Of a stretch of DNA of 64,000 nt, positions 53,385-64,000 are shown piece after piece. The position numbers and the translations under genes are program-made. How positions within the stretch are numbered: the stretch's first letter is position 1; the number at the start of each line of letters is the position of its first letter. The DNA is from Lama glama (lineage: Eukaryota), in contig CM052816.1 in assembly GCA_028534125.1 (NCBI GenBank), forward strand, positions 86,244,001 to 86,308,000. The letters run 5' to 3'. The notes beneath the pieces were generated by a model that was given only the letters and a program-made list of their open reading frames with translations, did not search any database and was not told where the DNA came from.

Positions 53385-54345
53385 GGTAAATAAGATTACA
53401 TTAAAATGAAAAATTTTTGTGCATCAAAGAACAAAATCAAATTGAAAAGGCAACCTATGGAAAGGGAGAAGATATTTGCAAATTATATATCTAACAAAGA
53501 GTTACTATCCAGGATACATAAAGAACCACTACAACTTGAAATCAAAAAATCCAACAACCCAATTTTCAAAGTGCACTAAGGCCTCGAGTAAACATTTCTC
53601 CAAAAAATGACTGTGAGTGGCCAGCAAGCCTATGAGAAGACTCATACCATCACTGATCATCAAATCAAAACCACAGGAAAACATAAATATAAACCAGAGT
53701 GAGAGACCAGCTCCCACCCATTAGGATGGTTATTATTTAGAAAGATAAAAAATAACAATAGAAGTAACACTTGCTATTCCAGACATTGGGATTCTTGATC
53801 ATTGCTAGTGGAGTTTGGACATGGTGCGCCTGAACTAGAAGACAGTATGGGGTTCCTCAAAAGTCTTAAAGATAGAACTACTTTACGATCCAAAAATCCC
53901 ACTTGTGGGTACATATCCAGAATAATTTAAATCAGAAACTCTAAGAGATACCTGTGCGCCTGTGTTCATAGTAGCACTATTCAAAATAGCTGTTTTATTC
54001 AGCCTTAAAAAATTCAAAAAAAAAAATCCTGTTACTTGCAACAGTGTGGATGAACCTGGAGGACATTATGTTAAGTGAAATAAGCCAGTCACAAAAAGAC
54101 AAATACTGTATGATGCCACTTGTATGATGCAAATAAATGAGTCAAATTCATAGAAATAGAAGGCAGAATGGTGGAGAGCAGCAATTGTTTAATAGGTTTA
54201 GAGTTTTAGATTTGCAATATGAAAAAGCTCTGGAGATTTATTTTATGACAGTGTGAATATATTTAACACTACTGAACTGTACATTTAAAAATAGTTTAGA
54301 TGGTAAATTTTATGTTATATGTTTCTACTATAATAAAAAAAAAAG
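53385..54345 (+). mobile_element. 5'-truncated L1 (L1MB-like 3' end)
   Basis: 'tggatgaacctggaggacattatgttaagtgaaataagccagtcacaaaaagacaaatactgtatgat'; 3'UTR 'aacactactgaactgtaca...ggtaaattttatgttatatg'; poly-A. Confidence 0.92.
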
Positions 54346-54388
54346 ACCTCTTTGAAAAGGCAGAAGACCATGAGGAGCCAACAGATAA

Positions 54389-54450
54389 ATATATATATAC
54401 GTATGTGTATATATATATATATATATACATATAAACATATATATATAATA
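54389..54450. repeat. Interrupted (TA)n microsatellite
   Basis: Seen directly. Confidence 0.9.
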
Positions 54451-55969
54451 GCATGAGATTAAAGAAAATTCATGATATAAGAAATGTTTACAACAAAACT
54501 AAGACCACAAAAAATAAAAATAAACCTACACTGGAGGAAGTAAATGCAGGTTTTATTTTGTAGAAAATGGAATCAGATGTGCGAAAAAAAGAGAGGGAGA
54601 AACTGTCTCAGATTACAGATGAGAAAACCAAAGAGATTTACAAGATAAAAGGATAACATGATGGAGGACAGTAGGTAGACAGCTAGCCTTCAGATAATTG
54701 ATGCTAATAGAACAATGGAATGAAAGAGAAAAACAGAGCCCAGAATTAAAGTTTTCATGAAATAATACTTCCCTGTGGCAAAGCCAGTATATGTAAATTT
54801 CTAGAGAAGAATGAAAGAGGGTCATAGCTTAGAAATAACTACAAATTATTCTGACAAGAACAGAATTTGAAAAACCTCTTTAGGAAACCTGAAAAGAAAT
54901 AAAAATTGGAGTTTTAAACTTATGCTTCCTCACGTGTGCTGGGCATACAGAACAAAAAAATTGCATTGGAAGAACAGCACACCTCTTCCGGTTCTTTCCT
55001 AAGTGAAGGTTAAATAAAAGCTTTTGCATATATGCAGTTGTCCTGCCAAAGTTTCACTCATGTAGCTCTTCTTGAAAAATATTTCTGAACATTTCAAATT
55101 ACCCTTTGAATTTTTCCAAATTTAGGGCTTCATCCCACACACAGTCCAGACTATCATTTAAATTCTGTTGCTCTTGGTAAGGTGAGAAAGAAAAATCTTA
55201 AAGATACAGATTTGTCATGTGTTTTCCCATAGGCTTCTTATATTATCAAGTTCAGGGGCAGAGTATATGCAAATGTCGCCCTCTGCTTCAAGCCCTCTCC
55301 CTGAAGTGGGATTGTCCAGTCACCACATAGTCTTGACACAAAGAACTGGCCTTTCTGTCTTGAAAAAGTAGAGCAGAAGTTGAAGAAGTTATGTCTGTGG
55401 GCAACAGTGGAGTTTTGGAAAAAGTATATTATGAAACTTATTTCCAAGTAAGGCTTTCAGGGGAAAGAGAGAGTTGTTCTTACACTTTTTCTATTTTCCT
55501 TCAAGGTAGTCATTCCATATCAATTCTCTCACATACAAAAGACATAAAAGGGTGGTTTCTTCTTATTCTTTTATGGAAGTATGAAAAATAGGCTAGTATG
55601 ATTTTAACATGAAAAAGGATTATAAAAGGAGATTTGTAGGCATTGCGTAGTCTTGCTTTCATTACAGAATACAGGCTTATATTTTGGTAAGAGCCCAGAG
55701 ACCTTTGTATCTTGCTTAAGACAAACAGAACCTATTAAATCTGTCTTTCTATTCTGCTTTCCATGAAAAAAGGAAAAAAATGATCACTTTTAGTGATGTT
55801 AAGGAATCTTAGATCTGGTTTGGGAGTTTTTTTTTTTTTTCTTTTCTTGAGGGTCTTTATAAGCCAGAAGGGATCACACAAAATGAAAAAGTAATGAACA
55901 TGGCAATAGTATAAGGAAAAGACCGTGACGAGTAAAGCCTGTAAACCAGAGAAGTCTAAATTAAAAGAC

Positions 55970-56210
55970 TTTTAAAAACAGGTTTATTGAGGTACCATCT
56001 ACATACCATTAAAATCCATTTAATCATACAGTTTAATAATTCAAGCAAATTCACAGAATTGTGCAACCATCATCACAGTCCAGGTTTAGAAAATTCCCTC
56101 ACTCCAAAAAAATTTCTTTTTGCCCATTTGCAATCATTCCCTTTTCCCATACTCAGCTCCAGGCAATCACTAATCTATTCTCTTATTCTATAGATTTGAA
56201 TTTTCTAGGA
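55970..56210 (-). mobile_element. L1 3'UTR fragment (L1MB/MC-like)
   Basis: 'tttattgaggta...acataccattaaaatcc...aaattcacagaattgtgcaaccatcatcaca'. Confidence 0.8.
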
Positions 56211-58064
56211 AAAAAACTCTATTCCAAAAGTGAATACAGTATGTTTTAAAAAATATTTTAGGGAAATGTCAACTGAACTTCATATTCCTGATTCTATTGT
56301 CCAGAATTCCAAATCTTTGAATTATCATGAGAAGCAGCCCTGTCTGTGTTCCCAGGGAGAAAAAAAATCTGTAAACATACTAACTAGTTGTTGTAAAGGC
56401 CTAGCCTCATTTGTTGTTCTTAGAATCATCTTACTCTCGGCACTGGGCTACAAAGAATTGAAATTTTTATTTCTACAATGTTCCATTGCTGCTTATCAGA
56501 CATGATTCCAGTGCCACAAAAACCCTTTCTATGTAGCTATTTGCCCTGCAGTTGTTGATTGATTTTTCACCCAACTCTGGCTAGGCTTTATTCGTATTCA
56601 TTCACTCTGATCTTATCCACAATGCCAGGGCTTCACTATTTGAGATATTGTAGGTGGACTCAGTGTAAGGGACTAAGGTCTCTTTCTTACGAAATGTCAC
56701 ATGCTTACCTTCATGAATGGACAGTTGTAAGTGACTAGGTCTTTTTTTTCTTGTGGATACATGTCCTACATGTCAAATGCTCACCTTCGTCAATGGACAG
56801 CCATTGATGGCTCAGGGTAGTAAATGCACACACTGGTTATCATCCTGACAGCTCACCATCACCACCCTGGTTTCTCTGGTAGGCATGTCAATGAATTATA
56901 TGTGAGAAATCTTTATCCCCTCCATACTGTTTTAGCTGGTCAATATCTACTCTGCATTCATTCCTTCAGAACCTTCTGGGAAGCTCTCACACCAGGTTCT
57001 AGATTTGTCTTCTGGCCTTGCAGCCTTCATTGCAGTGCAGTTAAATTTGTATGTTTTAACTTACATCCAAGATATGCCAAGGAAGTTTATTTACACTTCC
57101 TTAAAATAAGGACAAGCAAATATTCTGTATCCTAGCTTAAATGAACCACACTCATTTTCAATTTCAACAAATCAGCTGGTAGAGGAGAAATTGGAGTCAT
57201 TCAAAAGCCACCTGCAAGAGACCTGGTGATTCAAACAAGTAATCATGACATTTTGCACAGATGAGGAACTGTACCCTAAAAAAATTGTCAATATCTTTCT
57301 GTTTTGTCAGAAGACAGAGAAATATACAAGCTGTTGTTCAAGAGAACTCAGCATTACCGAGGAGTGCAGTGATAGAATGACAAGGTTATGAAGGGATCCA
57401 TGTGGACTGTTTTCAATTTCTCTCTCTCTCTTTTCAAAAAAATTTTAGTTAAGTTGCAAGTCATCAGATCCTGAACTCGCATGAAAGAAAATACCAACTG
57501 GTAAATCAAATCGCCTTTGAGAACATCTGGTACTGATATGACTAGTTGTTTTGAGGCCACTGAGAGTTCAAATGAATCAAAATGTGAAATATGTTTCTCC
57601 TTCATCCTAGATTTTAAGAAAAAGGTTTAAGCTAAAAATGATAGATAATCATTGATTCTTTTCTACTGATGCTTTTTAATATACCATTGTATAATAATTT
57701 TCCTTAACTTCTATGGCATGCAATTCTTCCTTAAGAGAAAAATCACAATAGGAGACAATATGATCTAAGGAAAAACTGTGGGCTTTAGAATTGGACACAG
57801 ATCTGATTTCCAGATATGTGCTCAATATGCATTGGAACTTTTACTTTAAAAAGAATCAAATACCTAATAGTTACTACCTAAATATTTATTTTACACCATG
57901 AGTAGTTTAGTCATTGTTCTTAATCTTTAAAGCAATTTTATAATGTAGGTGGTCCAGACTCATTTCCCCATCCAAAATTTGAAAACAACTTAAAGTAAAA
58001 CTAATGATACGTTTGGACCTAAACCTAAATGACTCCAAAATATATTTTACTTTCTTTTAGCATT

Positions 58065-58640
58065 TTTTTGGTTAACTGAAATTTTGGTATAGATTTCAAA
58101 ACAAAGTTCACAAATCATAAATGTACAATTACATTTTTGTAACCAAAACTTAGATTAAGAAACAAAATTACCAGTCAAAATTATCCCCTTAAATCTCCCC
58201 TTCTAATGACTTCCTCTGCCAAAGTAACCACTATCCTAACCCCAAACCCCAAAGTAGTTTTCTTTGTTTTTGAAATATATATGAAAAGAATCATACAGCA
58301 TAAAATTTTTTGTGTCTGCCTTCTTTAGTGCAACGTTATGTTTTTGAGATATTTTTCTTTTATTACACATAAGTATATTTTATTCATTAGCATTACTGTG
58401 TAATATTCCATTGAATGAACTTACCCAATTTTACATATATATGTATATGCATATATACAGATCCTGCAGTTGTGTTCAGGTTTGTATATCATGAGTAAGT
58501 CTATGGACATTTTTGCATATAAATTTTGGTGAATATTAGTATATGTTTATGTTGAGTATACATCTAGGAACAAAATTGTAGATCAAGGAGTATACAGATG
58601 TTCAAATTTGATAATGCCGAAAAAAGTATTTTTGGTGTGC
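58065..58640 (-). mobile_element. Old L1 (L1ME-like) 3' fragment
   Basis: 'aaagtaaccactatccta', 'gaatcatacagcat...tgtgtctgccttcttt', 'taatattccattgaatgaa'. Confidence 0.8.
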
Positions 58641-61600
58641 ATTTTAATTTTTTGTGCTAGCATGTCCTAATTCCCTGCTTTCTCCTCTACCAAGATATTT
58701 AACCTATCTGAATATTAAGTTGCACATCTAAAAAAAAAAAAAGAGTAACCTTTTGAGCATGAGAATTAAATACTGTGGCATATTAAGAGTCATCCATTTT
58801 GGCCTACTGGAAGTAATTGGCCCCAGAAAATAGCTTACCCAGTTGGATTTGCTCCTTCTTTTTCATACAATATCAATTATTTCAAATATTCCATCTGTTG
58901 TTATTAATTCTAATGCTTCAAAAACTCATATATTTACATGTTTGAAGAGTATTTACAGGAACAAAAATTATATGTAAAATATGTATGAGAAATACCTTTG
59001 ATTTTTCATATGTGAAGATGTCAACATGATGCCAGAAGAGCAAACATACCATTTAAGATCTAGGGAGACAATTTCAAATAGCATTACATTATTGCTCCTG
59101 GCTCACAGTAGTAAACAAAACACACTCCTTGCTTTCAGTAAGCATAGAGTTTATCTTCGTGTGATAGGTTTATTGATAATTACCAATTTACATCTGTCTT
59201 CTCTTTTAATTTGCTGCAGAATCATGCTCAGTACTAGAGCTATGAGTGAGCTAATTATGATTGGTGTGTACACCTCTGACTTAAAATGAAGAGGCGTATT
59301 TTGGGATAGAAAGTAGAGATAAACACTATAATCTTAGGATCTTGAGAACTATAGTTCAATAAATATTTATTGAGCAACTAACGCAGAACTCTGATTGATT
59401 ATGTAAAAATATACTAAAACATGATCACCCCTAAAATAAATTCGCAAATTATCTCAGAATTAAAGAGCTGCACTGTGAGTACAAGTGTAATTCATATTCA
59501 TATCCAATTGAAGTTTTTGTTATTTGGTTTTTGTTTGTTTGTTTATTATGGATAGTCTGATGGTTTTAAATTTGAATGACAAAGATACTGGCCTAATGAT
59601 TTAATTGTATTTTAAAGCTACTAAAACAATAAAACAAATCATAATTTTTTCAAAGTTTTCAGAAGGCACATTTTAATTTTAAGTACACTCAAAACAATAT
59701 TTCTTGGCCTTTTTCTATAAAATAAAAAAATGGTTATTGATGGAGAAGGTTTAAATTGTCTTAGTCAAACTCAAATAAAAGGATTAAAAAAATAAAACAT
59801 GAACTTAAAAGAGTTTTACCAGAATATTGAACTCTCCTTGATATTCAGAGAAATCAGTACAATGTCCATTAGTGCAGAATAAAAGGCATAAAACAATTCA
59901 GTGTTAAAAAAAACACCCTGCATTAATGGAACATTAAAGTTATGATTTCAACCCACAAATTTCAGGAAATTCAGAATTAGAACTCCCAAGGTAACCTTAA
60001 CTCTGACCTGTTGTGCATGTACACTGTTTAGAATATTGAAATTTTTGCCTTCCTGATCACATCTCACTGTGAAGAGAAATTTTGAAGGAGAAAAAACAAG
60101 TGCTTTTCCTTAGAACCGCTATGTATGTTTTAAGTTTTATACCAACTTGGAAAATCAAATGATCAATCATATGCTACCGTATGAGCTAATTATGGAATAA
60201 GAAGAAATTTTTAAAATATACTATAGAAAGCTTATAAGCTACGACATAATGCGCATCCACTTGAAACATGTTTTGAGCTTGCTTTTCGATACAGCCGTTA
60301 AGTGCCTATCATAGAAAAACATATTCACACTGCAGAAAGACAGTAGGGAACATTATTAAAATTGAATAGCATGTAAGGAAGAAGGGTCAGGGAAATAACT
60401 GAGCAGAGAGTCAAAAGTAACATCTTTCATATTTCTAAATCCACACTTTCCTGGGAAGATACTTTATCTCTTCAACTATGGCTTCTCCAATTTTAAAAGG
60501 AGAGAATTGAACGAAGAGGCATAAGTTTCTCTGAACTCCAAAAATATATGACTTCACATAAATTAATATTCTAGAGGAGAATCATAAATTTGACACCATA
60601 TTATTCCTTAAGTAACCTGTAGCAGAGCTTAGTGAGATAGGCCAAGAAAGACAGTGATGTTGATAAACCACTGGGCTTCTCTTACATCTGATCAGCCTGC
60701 TCATTGATCCTGCTTTTTTTTTTTTTTTTGGATCGTTTAGTCAAAAAAATGGTAACTCATCCATCCATCCAAATGTTAGTCCAGTCTCTGTGACTGGGGC
60801 TATTGGTAAATGTCTTCTAGTGAATTGAAAAACATCAGCGGGCCTCGTGAGATACGTTTCTCAATATCATGGCTGTGAGATCAAGAGGGACTGTGGAGAA
60901 AGGTAGTCGTGTAAGAAGGCTCCATCAGTGTCACAATGGTATATGGCTCTTCCAAGCAAAGTCACTGTGGTCCTTTTTTTGTTTTAATAAGGAAATACAG
61001 TTATTGGAAAGACGACTGAAAAACACACATGCTTCAAATATATAAACTGTGGCATAACAGGCATTACCACAGCGCCTCTGCTCTCCCAGCAGCCAGGACT
61101 TGCGTCTCTGTCGCAGGGCTGCTTCCAGGCTGTCCCAGCCGTGTTTGCCTACCTGCACAGAGAATACATACATCCCAGAAGTGTCTGAGAATTTAGAAAT
61201 ACTCCCTTGTTTCCTATGCTGTGATGTGCGCCATCTTCACAGTTTCCCTGAAGGGCTGAGGCAAAGTTATCTACCCTTCAGTGGATTTACTTGAATTCAC
61301 TTCTAGTCCTAATATGCAGCTGGGTTAATTTGGAGAATCCTGAAATAAAAAGAGGCCCAGTTTTTCATGATGTGTGAATGCCTTGGAAGAATGTTGAGGA
61401 AAGTAAAAGGCTAAGAGAAGTGGACATGTGAGAAAAGAACTGTTATGTACAAGCAGGGAAACTCTTGCTGGGAAATCAGCTGAAGTGAGAGTGGTGTCCT
61501 GCTGGCCCAGTTCTACCGTGAGTCCTATGGGCCCTGCACCTGCTGGCCGCCAGCGCCACCTCTCCCTGAATCAGCCTGAAGGCTCTCTGGACCTGACGCC

Positions 61601-63229
61601 AATGCACTCCAGCCTCCAGGAGTTCACCCAGGACGTGGGCAGCGTGTTCCTCTTGCAATTCACTTTAACATATAAGTTAGTCTGATGCCCAGTTAAAGGC
61701 CTATTAACCAAACAATCCATTTCTAAAAGCAAGCAGCGACAGCAGCAACAAAACATTCATGACTTTTAGTTCTATTTAGATCAAAGGAAGCAATTGCACT
61801 TTGTTTTTAATTGCATGTGTTTGAACCCTTTGTTGAGTGAAAATACAATTAGTTCCAAATATAGAATGACACAGAGCAACATAAGGATTCTGTCTCAGGG
61901 CAACTCAAGTCTAATAACCATCTGTGAAGTTGGAACTTTGTGCCCAACAATTCCTTCACCCAAGAGCAGAATGCAATCTTCAGGAAAACCAAAATGTCTT
62001 TGGATTTTATGTCGTAGATAAAGAATCACTGAGATCACTTGTGTAATCCTAGAAAGAGAGGTTCCTATAGCCCATTTATGTGGAGAGAAATGTTACTCAT
62101 TGGTCAATATACTGTAGAGGAAATAATAGTACAATGTTACCTTAATATCATTTACAAAAAGCCAAGAAACGTCTTGAATTCAGGTGTTGTAGCTTTAATT
62201 GCTGACACTTTTTCCCTAGCTTTCTTATGTGCATTTGGATAAATTGGGAGAATAGCAACAACAGAGCCGAGGGTAAATTCTTTTCTTAGAAAACAATTAA
62301 AGTGAATTATAAAGAAAATAAAATATTCTGTAAATCAAAAGCATTTCTCAGCTATTTTTATATTTGCATATTATCTTTCAAATATTGTCAATAGGGACAT
62401 GCATATTTTATGGCTGAAAATAATAATGACCACATTATTCTATAGTCTGCTTTTTAATGGTACTTTATATCACATGCATATGTTGCAAAATTTTTCATGA
62501 TTATTTTAAAGACAGAATACTATGCTTCCAAGCTAATGCACCATAATTTACTTAATTTCTTTATTGTAAGACACTTTAGCTATTAGAGAATAGACCTCAG
62601 GGAATAACCATGTGCATATTGCTTTTTTTTCTCCTCCAGACAAATTTCCAACATGAAATATTTATGACAATACACAAAGTGACATTGTAACTAGTTGAAG
62701 GTGAGGAAAGGAGTGTTTAAAAATTAGACTGCAGTCTTAACGGAAGTGACTGTCAATGATAAATTGTCTAGGTACCAGGACAGAAATCCTGTCTCCTAAT
62801 GCTATGTAGACGTTTAATGGTGAGCTCCCAGTGGCATGCATTACCTCTTCAGCACTCAGACTAGCTGTTGATGAAAGAGCCACAGAGATGTTTTTGATTT
62901 AAATATCCATTCAAAATGTCATGAAATACTTTTAAGTACCTATCAAACCAATTTTTATCATCTTAACCTTCAGATGAAAATATTTGGGAACAAATACGAG
63001 AACACTCATCCTGAAACAAACATATGGATGGTATAAATTTTAGCAGGGCAAGCATTCATATTTTTAGAGTGAGCATTGTATACATGTAATAGAATTGGGG
63101 GATATTGTTTTATTATGGAAAACAATTGTTTTTACTCTGAAATAATACTGGAATTGAACTAACATTTTATCAAACACCCTTCCACTAGCTTGACTGCCTT
63201 ATAGTGCTTTCTTTCTCTTTCCCAACACA

Positions 63230-63960
63230 GGTACATTTCTCCACTGAAGAGCCAATCCTCTAATTAACCTTTTTCCTCACAATCACCCTCAGCCTTTGTG
63301 GTCTGGTTGCCGGCCCTACCATTTGACTGAAACCTCTCTGACAATAGGCAGCAATAACCTGTGTGTGTGGAAATCTAACGAACACTTTTCAGTTTTTGTT
63401 TGATTTGACCTCCCTACCACATCGGATATGCTTGATCACTTGCTCCAGATTTTATTTTCCCTTGGCTTCCATATAAAAAGTCTCTCCTCCTTGTCCTATA
63501 ACTTTGCTTTCTTTTTTTTTCCATTCCTTTTGGGTTGAAGCTCCCCTGAATCATGTCCTATCCAATTCCCTCTCATTTTATACTTCTGCCTGCTAACGGC
63601 TTGTTCATTTCATTACTTAAAAATTATCTCCTATATACTGATTCCATAACAGATTTCCTGTCCAAATCTATGTAGGGAGTAACAGATATATTGTAAAGTC
63701 CATTTTCTCTCTAGGTGAATAGCTTAAGCCTGTTTAAAACTGGACCTATTGCCTTGACAGGCTATTCTTATTCTAGTACTTGCTCTGATGAAAGGCACCA
63801 TCGTCTACTTAGTTAATCAGCCAGGATCACGTCATCCTCATCATCTTCCCTCATCCCGTACATCCAGTTAATTATTGTACACCATCTAAATATCGCTGTA
63901 ATCTTTTACTTTCACTCCATGCTCTCTAGTAGTCCTCCGCAGTGTCCTTTCATAAACTAT
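63230..63960 (+). mobile_element. L2 LINE reverse-transcriptase region
   Basis: 'gtctggttgccggccctaccatttgactgaaacctctctg...aataacc...aaatctaacgaacacttttcagt...ttgacctc' is a decayed QSGFRPxHSTETAL...NDL...LDLS motif. Confidence 0.75.
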
Positions 63961-64000
63961 TAAAATATCTTCTTAAATCATAGTCTGATAGTTGTTCTCT

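Noticed and set aside
55126..55232. 51-nt exon spliced to 55233
   Set aside because: The implied intron is only 56 nt, below the usual mammalian minimum, and the joined frame stops soon after.
61428..61756. Three overlapping ORFs in the GC-richer block
   Set aside because: Stop-codon scarcity is explained by base composition; no known protein motif.

Overview
AT-rich, CpG-depleted placental-mammal genomic DNA. It is most likely camelid, because a Vic-1-type tRNA-derived SINE lies at ~43.95 kb alongside young artiodactyl-type L1 3' ends. I recognise no intact protein-coding gene. The ORF track is dominated by spurious frames and decayed hAT-transposase and L1 fragments. Roughly half the window is interspersed repeat: L1 of several ages, L2, MIR, MaLR/ERV LTRs and hAT DNA transposons, plus microsatellites. 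The window looks intergenic or deep-intronic. The best-supported structures are retrotransposition footprints readable from target-site duplications (TSDs): a 5'-inverted (twin-priming-type) L1, a very young L1 with a perfect 19-bp TSD, and a tail-to-tail L1 pair. Also visible are an internally deleted L1 with a ~200-bp monomer-like 5'UTR array and a nested TE stack at 19-24.5 kb. A few splice-site clusters could belong to non-coding transcripts. I found no evidence of a new biological system. Repeat family names come from my recall of consensus motifs, not from a RepeatMasker run, and boundaries without TSDs are approximate.
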